Assembly (NCBI RefSeq): GCF_046119375.1
Contig: NW_027362768.1
Span: 46,190,001-46,254,000, forward strand
Source: Phyllobates terribilis
Taxonomy: Eukaryota
Direction of reading: 5' to 3'
DNA length: 64,000 nucleotides
Of the stretch, positions 11,050-22,600 are shown piece by piece. Each line of letters opens with the position of its first letter. The first letter of the stretch is position 1. Position numbers and translations under genes: made by a program. The notes below the pieces were generated by a model. It was not told the origin of the DNA and made no database searches. It worked only from the letters and a program-made list of their open reading frames with translations.

Positions 11050-11332
11050 TGTTAGCAGAGGATTAATCCGCGTGACATCCAGAGTTTAGAACACAGAATG
11101 TAGGTTTATTCATATCTAGCATAGGCACAGCATGGAGTCTGGTGTTACTGCAGCATGAGAAAATCAAAATACATATAACAACAACACAGGAAGAGAAGGA
11201 GGGGGCATCCTGTCTGTGTGTTTTTTTTTTTTTTAACTAAACTTTGTTAACAACCTCACAATATGTACAACATATGAAACAGCACAGTAGTTGTTGCCAT
11301 ACACATACAGATTAATATGTATTATTCCAACA
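11050..11332 (-). repeat. copia 5' LTR (283 bp)
   Basis: Direct repeat of 78-361, followed on the minus strand by the PBS. Confidence 0.96.
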
Positions 11333-11859
11333 GAGATTATTGAATTGTATGAGCAAAACTGTGGTGGAAAAACCTAACCTTTTTTTTTTTAATTTTTACA
11401 ATATATATTTTTTTTAATTCTCCCCACTTAACAAAAATGATTAACCTTAATAAACTATATATTTTAGATATTTTAAAATGTCGATATTTAATTTTACTCA
11501 AGGAAAGTTGAAGCAACAGCCATCAGTATTGTTGTGGCATGTACACTTGTAGATGTTCTAAAGAGTGCCATCATTAGATGAATAATAAATAATATTTAGA
11601 TGATAATCACTAATAAGTTTTAGGATCATTTGTCCAGCATTGGTCATGCCAAAGGCTGTGGTTTATAAATATTTTGGTAATAAATTATTATATTTAGATT
11701 ATTAATTAATTAATAATAAAATGGATTTGAATGAATAATGATCATAAATCACTGATTAAGAAATATATAAGGAAGTGACAAAGTGTTGTAAATGTGGTGA
11801 ATACTCAAAGTGAGACAAATCAAAAACTATCTGCAGTAATAATGAATAACACGCAGGAT

Positions 11860-12720
11860 CAGGGCCGCCATCAGGGCATTACTGCCCTTACTACTGTATG
11901 GAGCTCGGTGAACAGCAGTAAAGAGTGGGTGCCCCCTCTTCTTGTTCTTCTGTTCACCGGGCCCCAGGGCATACATGTCCTCTGCGCAGGGAGCCTTGGA
12001 GCCTTGGAGCTCTCATGGCCGTCAAAACTGAATGACCATGCAGCTCAAAGGGAGTCCCTTCTCCCCTTCAGTCACGCTCTAGAGACAGCACGTATGCTGT
12101 GACATCATCGTGTACTCGCAGGCATTCAGCGCAAGGATGCTGCCAGTCCTTGACTGCAGGGATCGTATGAAAGGTAAGTATGAGAACTTTATTTTTTTTA
12201 TAGAGTTACTTAAATTGTCTTGGGGGAGATATAGTGCTGAACTGGGAGTGGGGGTGGGGAGAGATAGTGATGAACTGGGAGTGGGGGTGGGGAGAGCACA
12301 TGATGAACTGTGAGTTGGGGGTGGGGAGAGCACATGATGGAGTGGGGGATGGGGAGAGCACATGATGAATTGAAAATGGGGGGTGGGAAGAGGAAATGAT
12401 GAACTGGGGATGGGGAATAGGGAATGCAAATGATGAACTAGGAGTGGGGGGTGGGAAGAGCTAATGATGAATTGGGAGTGGGGGGAGAGCAAATGATGAA
12501 TTGTGAGTGGGGGGGCAAATGATGAATTGGGAGTGGGGAGCAAATGATGAAATGGGAGTGGGGGGCAAATGATGAATTGGGAGTGGGGAGGAGTGAAAAT
12601 AATGAATTGAGGGTGGGCAGAGCACAAATAATCATGAATTGAAGGTGGGATGGAGACAGGAAATTATGAATTGATGGTGTGGTGGGGAGAGTAAATGATG
12701 ACTTGAGGGTGTAGGGGAGA
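11860..12720. mobile_element. Probable non-autonomous DNA-transposon fragment with a purine-rich degenerate minisatellite
   Basis: CAGGGCCGCCATCAGG terminus-like motif at 11860; many ~20-30-bp GATGAA(C/T)TGGGAGTGGGGG units at about 12230-12715. No second end was found. Confidence 0.45.
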
Positions 12721-12848
12721 GCTCTTTGGATCACTGGAATCAATCACAAACACCAGTCATAATTAGTTTACCATGTGAGCCAAATTAAAGGAAAACAACC
12801 TAAGAATGATGTTAAACTTTATTAAGAAGGCCACAGGTTTCAAGCAAT

Positions 12849-13555
12849 ATGGGAAAGAAAAAGAATCTCAAAGCTGCCAAAAAGTTAAATAGTGCAATTC
12901 CTTGGACAAGGTGTGAAAACAATAGATATTTCACGAAAAAGTAAGTGTGATCATTATACTGTGAAGAGATTTGTGGCAGATACAGAGCACAGATGGGTTC
13001 ATGTTGATAAAGGCATAATGAGGAAGGTTTCTGCCTGAAAAGTTGAATGGATTAATCGAGCAGCTGCTAAAATACCATTGCAAAGCAGCAATCAGGTGTT
13101 TAAAGCTGTTGATGCCTCTGGAGTTCTAAACCTCCAGTAGCTTGCAGTTGTGGATAAACCTACTATTCAGCCACCCCTAAACAGTGCTCACAGGCAGAAA
13201 CAGTTGCAGTGGGCTCAGACACACATGATGACTAATTTTAAAACAGTCTTGCTAACTGATGAGTGACGTGCAACCCTGGATGATCCAGATGGATGGAGTA
13301 ATGGATTGTTAATGGATGGCTATCATGTCTCAACAAGGCTGTGAAAGTCAGCAAGGAGGTGGCGGAGTCATGTTTTGGACCAGAATCATAGGGAGAGAGC
13401 TGGTAAATCCTTTTAGGGTCCCTGAAGGTGTGAAAATAACCTCGCAAAGTATATAGAGTTTCTTCCATGATACAAAAATAGAACAATGTCATTCGCAGCA
13501 AATTTATCGTCATGCATGACACTGCACCATCTCCTGCTGCAAAGAATACTTCTGA
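12849..13555 (+). pseudogene. Degenerate Tc1 transposase fragment
   Basis: MGKKK start, HKPTIQPPLNSAHRQKQLQWAQTH, first-D region and HDTAPSPA (second D), with stops and deletions. Confidence 0.8.
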
Positions 13556-14039
13556 CAACAGACTCAGGCAGGTAATGAACAAATTGCTTTTCTTCCTCCC
13601 TCAGCTATTGCATACATACAAGTATTTTTCCAGAATAAATATGAGGCCTGATAAGTTTGATTGCCTCTTTGAAGGGTTTTGAAATGCATTATGCATCCCT
13701 CATATATACAGTATACTGTATATAGACTGTGCGTCTATAACCTTATTTAACACAAATTTTCAAGTAGTAAATGACACATCCACATTACATAAAATAAAGA
13801 AATCTTCATTATTAGAATTCCTTGTGACTGGTCACATTTAACAATCGTAGGCACCACAACAATACTGCTGACTGTTGCCGCATATTACTTTCAATGAGTG
13901 TGCTTATTTGTCATGGGTGGAAAAATTTTAAACCAAAAAATGGTTCAGTATCTTAACTAAGTTCAAAAATAAATTAAAAGTTTTACATTTGCCCAAAATG
14001 TATGCTAAATCATAGATGCTTATGGTTGGGTCGGTGACT

Positions 14040-14680
14040 TCATCATTAACCACCTTGTCTTCCACCACCGCACCCCTGTCCTTCTGACTTCATGACTTAG
14101 CAAAAATAAGACATAGCGTCAACTGTGTCTCATCATAATTTTTATCCTAGAAAAAAATTGCTGTTCCCCACAGTCATCTTCTTGTAGCCATGGCTGCTCT
14201 AAGTTTTGTGCATCACTAGACAGCATGTACTTCTGTCTCTCTTGGACCATGCAGGTTGAGAGGCCACAATCAAGAAATAAGGATGTAACTAGCTCCTTGG
14301 AGTGTCCTAATGTGGGATCACTAGTCTCCTGGGACTTAACATAGTAGTAGGAACCAGGATCAGGGGGAGGATTAAGTGATCCTGACTGTAGGCTGGTGAG
14401 ACTGGACCATGTTGAAGACTGGGTAGTGCTGCCTGGAATGCTGAAAGCATTATTTGCTATCCAACCGACCACCTGGTCGCACTGCTCTGGTTTTAGAAGT
14501 GGTGTATTGTTCCTCCCTCCAAAGTGGGACAGGAACCTGTGTCAAGGATGGGCGTGTTTCTTGAGCTCCAGCAACAGGTGTAGTCGAAACTGCCCCTCGT
14601 CCTCGGCATCTGCGTGCATCATCATTAGCACTACCACTTCCCCATCCCTTACCGCACGCCTTACACATATTGTAATTGCT
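14040..14680 (-). pseudogene. N-terminal fragment of a third hAT transposase of the same lineage
   Basis: ORFs 14450..14743 (KACGKGWGSG) and 14119..14472 (VVGWIANN, SDPTLGHSKEL) align by eye with the N-terminus of ORF 21193..23001 (KARGKGRGSG, VINWIADN, SDPTLGHSEEL). Confidence 0.8.
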
Positions 14681-14769
14681 AGGTTTCTTGAAACCAAGTT
14701 TATTTTTAATAAAATAAAAAAATTGGTCACCTGTAGCAGTCAAAGTGGTTTTTGGGCATTTAATACCAC

Positions 14770-15255
14770 AGTAGTGTAACAGAAAGTACGCAAAAGTGTA
14801 TGGATGACAAATTCAATTCAGGAAAAAAAAATTAAACGCTTTTTTGAAGTGTTATATGCCACAGAAATGTACCACAAAGCACGTAATACGATATGGGTGA
14901 GAAATTTAACCCACCAAAAATTTGTAAAGCTTTTTTTGGAGTTTTATATGTCACAGAATGTACCCCACACCATGTAATAGTGAATAGGTAATAAATTTAA
15001 CCCTGCAAATTTTTTAACGCTTTTTTGGAGTGTTAAATTCCATAAAAATGTACTCCAGGCCACGGAATACTGTATTGGTGAGAAATTTAACCTAGCAAAA
15101 TTTTTTAATGATTTTTTGACTGTTATATCTCACAGAAATGTACCCTAGACCACAGAATACTGTATGGGTGAGTAATTTAATCCAGCAAAATTTTTTTTAA
15201 CTTTTTTGTAGTGTTATATAACACCAAAATGTACCACAAAGCACATACTACTCAA
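14770..15255. repeat. Degenerate ~90-bp tandem repeat, about 5 copies
   Basis: GTGTTATAT..CACAGAAATGTACC-like motif near 14849, 14941, 15030, 15120 and 15211. Confidence 0.8.
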
Positions 15256-15904
15256 TGGATCAAGAGTAGTGTTGAGCGAGCACTAAAATGCTCGGGTGCT
15301 CGAAGCTCGGGCCGAGCTCGCCGTGATACTCGGGTGCTCGACCCGAGCAATGAGCCCAATGTTAGTCTATGGGAGACTCGAGCATTTTTGCGGTGGCACC
15401 CCCGGCAGTCTTTTAAAAGCCTAACAAGTGCCCAAAACGATAGTGACAGTGCTCAAATGACATGGGGACAGCATGGGGATCGCCCCAGGAAGCATTTCTG
15501 ACCCCAGGTCACTGCTGTCAACAACGGGGTCAGAGGTATTAAGCCACTTTTACAGGCTCACAATAAAACGAAAGTGAAACTTTTTTCCTGTGAAATATGT
15601 TAAGGAACATCCTTTCCAGGGAAAAGACTTGTGTATAAGTTAAAATAAATGACCAAAAACAAAAATACTCCTCCACACCTTCGGCTATGTTCACATGTAG
15701 CATTTTTTATGTGTTTTTGCACTTTTGTATTGCTTTCAACCGTGACAAATGCATTCACCGGGAAATGTAATTTTAACATTTTACAACCTTATCTGGCCAT
15801 GTGCTGTGTGACACATGCATAAAGTGCTGAAAAGACATGGGAACAGCATGGGGAAGACCCCTGGAAGCATCTCTGACTCCCAGGTCACTGTCTAAAAGTG
15901 TGCC

Positions 15905-17140
15905 CATCATAAGTGATCCTTGCCGCATCAGAAGATGCAGACTTGCAACTATCCCCATGCAAGTTCTAGTCCCAGGGCAGTGTTTAATTGTACCTCCCCC
16001 ATTCCTTGCAATATAAGCGCAAGTATGCAGCCTGCCACCCACCCACCCCTAGGCTGCAATACCATACTGCTTGCTTGTTGAACTTGAAATTGGGCCTTTT
16101 AGGCATGTGGAGGCGGAATCTGGCTACCACGTCATGGCTGTGTTGGCGGCCTGGAATCCATACTCAGTCCCCAGCCGCCCGGCGGCCGGGTGTCCATACT
16201 CAGTCCCCAGCCGCCCCACGGCCGAGTGTCCACACGGTCCCCAGCCGCCTGGGGGCTGTCGGGTGTCCATAAACGGTCCCCAGCCGCCCCCATTTCTCCT
16301 TGGAACATCCCCCCACACACTTTTCTTAGCCCGGCCTGCTTTAGGCAGCATTGGACGAGCCCACCAGAGAACCAGACTTCTCCGGTGGGCCCTGACTTCT
16401 CCATCGGTGGAGTTGAGAGTGCCAAGGTGGGGAGCATGATGATGATGACAGAAGTTAGCATCTGCTATGTTTTCTTTTAATGCAACTGTAAGTGTGCAGC
16501 CTGCCACCCACCCACCCCCAGACTACAATTCATACTGCTAGCTTGCACTTGAAATGGGGCCTTTTAGTTTAGAGGAGGCCGAAGCTGGCCACTACCTCAT
16601 GGCTGCTTCGGCAGCGAGGTATCCATACTCCCCAGCCGCCCCTATTTGTCCTGGTGTGCCTTATACATAAGATTAAGCGCGTATACCAAAACATTACCTG
16701 TGCCCTCCCCAGTGCATTTAGTGGGAAGGAGAGCCTATTCCGCTGTAGTGTGTGCATGCCAAACCCCTGTTCATGGTACATGCGAATATGCCTCCCACCT
16801 TGCACCTGTCATTGCAGACTTGCAACTATCCCCATTCAAGTCCTTGTCCCAGGGCAGTGTTCAATTGTACCTCTCCCATTCCTTGCAATGCAAGCACAAG
16901 TATGCTGCCTGCCACCCACCCACCCCCAGGCTGCAATACCATACTGCGTGCTTGCTTGCACTTTAAATTGGGCCTTTTAGGCATGTGGAGGCGGAATCTG
17001 GCCACCACGCCATGGCTGTGTCGGCGGCCTGGTATCCATACTCAGTCCCCGGCCGCCTGGTGGCCGGGTGTCCCCGCTTGCTCCCCAGCCTCCAGGGGGT
17101 GGCCGGGTGTCCATACTCGGTCCCCAGCCACCCCTATTTG
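15905..17140 (+). pseudogene. Inverted (plus-strand) degenerate copies of the hAT transposase mid-region, three blocks
   Basis: Plus-strand translations SVQLYLSHSLQCKHKYA and LEIGPFRHVEAES..PYSVPSR mirror the minus-strand transposase SVQLSISQTFERKRKFA and LEMLPFRLVETES..RYSVPSR. Confidence 0.8.
16300..16430 (-). pseudogene. Short RRM-gene (dnd1-like) fragment in hAT 1; second copy at about 17145-17275
   Basis: Nucleotide similarity by eye to 47535-47660 (CACACTTTTC.TAGCC.GG.CTGCTT...GGTGGGCCCTG.CTTCTCC). Confidence 0.6.
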
Positions 17141-17807
17141 TACCGGTAACCTTTCCCACACTTTTCTTAGCCTGGCCTGCTTTAGGGCAGCATTGGCCGA
17201 GCCAACCGGACTATCAGACTCCTCCGGTGGGCCCTGGCTTCTCCATCAGGGGAGTTGAGAGTGCCAAGGTGAGGAGCATGATGAGGATGATAGAAGTTAG
17301 CATCTGCTTTGTTTTGTTGTAATGCAAGCGCATGTATGTAGTAGTGGCTAGGCCTGAGGAGGTCAGCGTTTTGGCGCATATCCTACCTCCCCCGAGGATT
17401 GCTGGATGTCTTCCTGCTACTATCCAAGTTCTATGACTCCCGTTAAAACAAAGCTTCAGGTGATAAATGATGGATGAGGTAGTGTCAAAGGAGAAAGAGC
17501 AGGAGGAACAGGGACCATTCACATCAATATCAGGCCAGTCAACCAGATATGTCTTGTAGGATATGTTTCTGTAACAAAAGGAGCGGTTCGGCTACACAGT
17601 TATAGGGCATACAGTGAGTGCAATGCCTACCAAAAATTTCGAGGCACTCCAATGCCCCTTGGAAATGACATGGAGGTCAGAGGGCATTAACTAAACCTTT
17701 TTTTCCATTTATAGCAACTAGGTCTCCAGTGCACTGTTGGCCTAAGCAGTGAATGGAATGCTTTCCAAAAATTATGAGGTACTGCAATGCCCCTTACAAG
17801 AGCCATG

Positions 17808-18832
17808 TGTGGCACCCCAGGGGTCTGGTCACCACAGTAATAGAGATTACGTCGGAGAGCAAGTGGGAGGTTTCCTGGTCAGGATCCCTTAAACATGCAA
17901 CATCCTCCTGCCCCAGTCCTGGGAGGGGAGAATTCTGCCCTTATAAACTGGATCTGGGGTGGGGTTGAGTGAGTCAGAGAACAGAGAACAGTCAGAGTCA
18001 GAGTTAGAGCAAGGGAAACTAACAGCAAGGAGCTCTGTAGGAGCTAGGAGCTAAAGACGAGGGGCTGGAAGCTGAGCAGAGCTCGCCCTGGCAGAAGACA
18101 ATAGGAACCGGACTCAGGAGTCCGTAGCTGTGAGGACTTATATATCCAGCAGCAGAAACCAGCCGGCAGGGGATTTCCTGTCCTTTGGCCAAAGAAGCCC
18201 GGAGGCTCAGTCACAAGCAAGGGACCAGCACTGCCGTCATGGAGCGGAGGCTAACAGAAGGCCCCAAGTCACCAGCCATACGGGTGAGCACTACACGGTA
18301 CACTCAGGGACGTGGGCTACTTCTACCCGCTTACAGCAAGGTAGCCAGGAAGAGTGCAGACAGACGGGGAGGCCTACAACTCCACCTGGCCAGGGGAACT
18401 CCTGCTTGCTCACAGACTAACCAGGCCTCTTATGCTAGCCAGTACTCCCGGGAGGGTCTACCTAATAATCATCAGTAAAGACCCTGAACTGCACTGCAAA
18501 GACTCTGAGTCATTCCTGCTGCGCTCGTGCACCATCACCCCCATCATCCACACTCACTGCCCTGAGGCTATACTCCTCCCGAGGGGAGTTATCCCATTTT
18601 ATGCTGCGCACACAACACCAGCCTCAGCGGTCTGCCTCGCAGCGGTGGTACACCCTGACCGCAATCCACGGGTGGCGCAGTCGGACAGTTAACCTCAAAA
18701 CCTAAGAAATATTGCCACTGGTTTGACCAGCCTGAGCCACGGGACCGGGTCACCGCCACGGAGACTACAGACCCCAGAGACCCGGCACCGGGTATCCCAC
18801 ACACGTGTACACACGGCTCAGGGAGCGCGTCA
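17808..18832 (+). mobile_element. Solo LTR (gypsy-type, 1025 bp) inside hAT 1
   Basis: TGTGGCACC...GCGTCA flanked by CATG at 17804-17807 and 18833-18836; removing it restores the host 133-bp unit; TATA-like and polyA-like motifs. Confidence 0.8.
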
Positions 18833-19483
18833 CATGCAGTACAGCATATTACAAACATAAGTCCCATTATTGGGGAGTGGGTGTCCCATAGTATTTGCTT
18901 ATGCCTTGCAATCAAAAGCTGCCAAAAATTAGGACGGAGCAACTTGCAATGCCCCTTACAAGAGCCATGCAGTACAGCATATTACAAACATAAGTCCCAT
19001 TATTGGGGAGTGGGTCTCCCATAGTATTTGCTTATGCTTTCCCAGCAAAAGCTGCCAAAAATTAGGACGGAGCAACTTGCAATGCCCCTTACAAGAGCCA
19101 TGCAGTACAGCATATTACAAACATAAGTCCCATTATTGGGGAGTGGGTCTCCCATAGTATTTGCTTATTCTTTCCTAGCAAAAGCTGCCAAAAATTAGGA
19201 CGGAGCAACTTGCAATGCCCCTTACAAGAGCCATGCAGTACAGCATATTACAAACATAAGTCCCATTATTGGGGAGTGGGTCTCCCATAGTATTTGCTTA
19301 TTCTTTCCTAGCAAAAGCTGCCAAAAATTAGGACGGAGCAACTTGCAATGCCCCTTACAAGAGCCATGCAGTACAGCATATTACAAACATAAGTTCCATT
19401 ATTGGCGACTGGGTGTCCCATGATATTTGCTTATGCTTTCCCAGCAAAAGCTGCCAAAAATTAGGACGGAGGAACTTGCAATG
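18833..19483. repeat. 133-bp tandem array, about 5 copies, downstream of the transposase
   Basis: CATGCAGTACAGC unit starts at 18833, 18966, 19099, 19232 and 19365. Confidence 0.95.
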
Positions 19484-19629
19484 CTGGCACCCTGGTGGTA
19501 TAGTGGTGGTGGAGGCTGAGGATAAGGAGAAGAAGATTAAACAGCCGAAACAAGGAAGCGTATACCCATGTGTGGGTGTGAAGCGGTGCATGTGAATACA
19601 CCTCCCGAAATAACACAGTGGATTTGACT

Positions 19630-22600
19630 TTATGTTACTCTGCTGTCATTTGGTGGTGATGAGAAGTCTGGCCCAATCCAGCCCTTGATCATTTTGATAA
19701 GGGTCAGCTTGTCAGCATTGTCAGTTGACAGGCGAGTGCGCTTAGCAGTTATAATTCCCCCAGCGGCACTAAAAACACGCTCCGATAGCACGCTAGTGGA
19801 AGGGCAGGCCAGGACCTCCAAGGCGTACAGAGCGAGTTCATTCCAAGTGTCCAGCTTGGATACCCAATAATTAAAAGGCACAGAGGAATCACGGAGGACG
19901 CTGGTACGATCGGCAAGGTACTCCCTCACCATCTTTTGAAACTTTCCACTCCTTGTGAGAGTACCCCGCGCCTCAGGGCCTGTAAGCTGGGCGGGTGTCA
20001 GAAAACTGTCCCAGAACATTGACAGTGTTCCCCTGCCTCTGCTGGATTGGAGTTGCATCTCTCTCGCCTGTACGCCTTGGTTGGGCAATGAAGTGTGACC
20101 TCTGCCGCTAGTGTGTTCAGATGGGAATTTTTTTAAGAGTTCTGCAGCAAGGGCCTTCTGGTATTGCCCCATTTTTGTAGACCTCTCCACCTCAGGAATA
20201 AGAGAGTGAAAGTTCTCCTTGTAGCGGGGGTCTACAAGTGTCACCAACCAGTAATGACTGTCACCCAACATTTTGACAACACGAGGGTCACGGTTAAGGC
20301 AGCGTAACATAAAGTCAGCCATGCGTGCCAGACTGGTAACGGGCAAGATTTCCGTGTCCTCACCAAGATGACGACTGACCATGCTCTGCTCCTCCTCCTC
20401 CTCCTCTTCCTCCTCCCCCCTGTCCTCAGGCCACCCACGCTGCACCGACGGTTTGACACTTGTACAGGTACTACCGTCTACAACGCATGATAGCAGCTCC
20501 TGTTCTTCCTCCTCCTCCTCCTCCTCCTCCTCTCCCTCATTGTCCCCCAATGCACGTTGGGATGAGATGAGGCTGGGCTGTGTGTAATCGCCCGCTACGG
20601 CTTCTTGATCCTTCTCATCTTACTCTGGCTGCAATGCCTCCTCTTTAATTCTCTGCAGAGAGCGTTGCAAAAGACAGACAAGTGGGATGCTGACACTAAT
20701 GATGGCGTCATCGCCACTCACCATCTTGGTGGCCTCCTCAAAGTTTGTCAGGATTGTACATATGTCAGACATCCAGGTCCACTCCTGAGGTCTTACGTGT
20801 GGAGTCTGACCTGAATATCGACGGCCTTGTTGCAGCTGGTACTCCACAACTGCTCTCTTCTGCTCACAAATCCTTTGCAACATGTGGAGGGTAGAGTTCC
20901 AACGTGTGGGGACATCACACACCAGTCGGTGTGCCGGAAGCTGCAAACGCTGCTGCAACACAGCAAGGGCGGCGGAAGCTGTAGCCGACTTGCGAAAATG
21001 AGCTGACAGGCGGCGTACTTTCACGAGCAGATCTGGCAACTCGGGGTACGATTTAAGAAACCGCTGAACCACGAGGTTAAGCACATGAGCCAGGCATGGT
21101 ACGTGTGTGATCTCACCTCGCCTCAGAGCCGCCACCAGGTTACGGCCATTGTCACACACGACCATGCCGGGATGTAGGTTCAGTGGTCTCAGTCACAGAT
21201 CTGCCTGCTCTTTCACAGCTGTCCACAACTCACAAGCAGTGTGAGGTTTATCACCTAAGCTTATCAGTTTCAGCACAGCATGTTGCCGCTTGGCGGAGGC
21301 AGTACTGCAATGCTTCCAGCTTGTACCTGATGTGGTGATATCTGAGATGGAGGCTGAACATGAGGAGGAGGAGGAGGATGCGCAGGAACTGTACACTGTG
21401 GGGGCAACTCTGACTGACATAGGGCCCGCAATCCTCGGTGTGGGGAGGATGTGTTCCGTCCCAAGGTCCGACTGGGTCCCGGCTTCCACTATGTTTACCC
21501 AGCGTGCCGTCAGAGAGATGTACCGTCCCTGGCCACAAGCACTTGTCCACGTGTCCGTTGTCAGGTGGACTCTCCCAGTAACTGCGTTGTTGAGGGCACG
21601 GCAGATGCTTTGGGACACGTGCTTGTGTAGTGCGGGGATGGTACACCGGGTAAAATAGTGTCGGCTGGGAACCGAGTACCGAGGGACGGCCACCGCTATA
21701 AGATTGCGGAAGGATTCCGTCTCCACCAGCCTAAAAGGCAGCATTTCCAATGCACGCAGTCGTGAAATGTGAGAATTTAGGATTGTGGCCTGTGGGGCGT
21801 TAGCTGCGAATTTCCGCTTTCGTTCAAAGGTCTGGGATATGGACAATTGAACGCTGCGGTGGGACATGGACGTGGACGTTGATGCTGTTTCTTGAGAAAC
21901 TACCATAACAAGTGAAGACTGAGAGGAGGGGGCATCTTTACATGCAGTATGGACAGGGGATTGCCTTGCACACACAACAGGGGGTTCTATTGCACGCACA
22001 ACAGTGGAAGAAGCAGTGGTGACACCCGCTGACACTGGTCGTGGACCCTGGGTTTCGCCCCACAAAGTCGAGTGCTTTGCTACCATGTGCCTGATCATGC
22101 TGGTGGTGGTCAGGCTGGTAGTTTTGTCACCCCTGCAGATGTTGTCATGGCAGGTGGAACATATGGCCTTTTTGGGGTTATCAGCAGAGTCTTTAAAAAA
22201 ATTCCAGACTCTGGAAGACCTACCGCTTGTACTGGCAACGTCCCTCGTGTTGGTGTTACTCGGAACGGTTGCCTGCCTTCTGTCTGCGGCCACCACACTG
22301 CTTCTTCCTGCCTGTTGGGGTACTCTGCCTCCCTCCCCCTGTGTGCTGCTGGCCTCTCTCTGCATGTCCTCCTTCCACGTTGGGTCAGTTACTAGATCAT
22401 CCACCACCTCCTCCTCTTCCACTTGCGCACCACGATCCTCCTCCTCACTTCCTGGCAATTGTGTCTCGTCATCGTCCACCTCTTGTGACAGATTGCCAAC
22501 GTCGACTTCCTGTGGCCGTGGCTGTTCAAATATTTGGGCATCGCAACATGGGATCTCCTCTTCCACCACTTCAAGCGTATCAGGCGAGGGGCCCAAATAT

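Larger units (their letters stand above)
78..11332 (-). mobile_element. Ty1/copia LTR retrotransposon (about 4.55 kb after removing the nested gypsy), defective
   Basis: Paired TG..CA LTRs at 78-361 and 11050-11332; 5-bp TSD GAGAT at 73-77 and 11333-11337; gag-PR-IN-RT-RH domain order on the minus strand; PBS and PPT present. Confidence 0.97.

Noticed and set aside
12079-12743. Pro/His/Ser-rich ORFs
   Set aside because: Translations of a purine-rich minisatellite.
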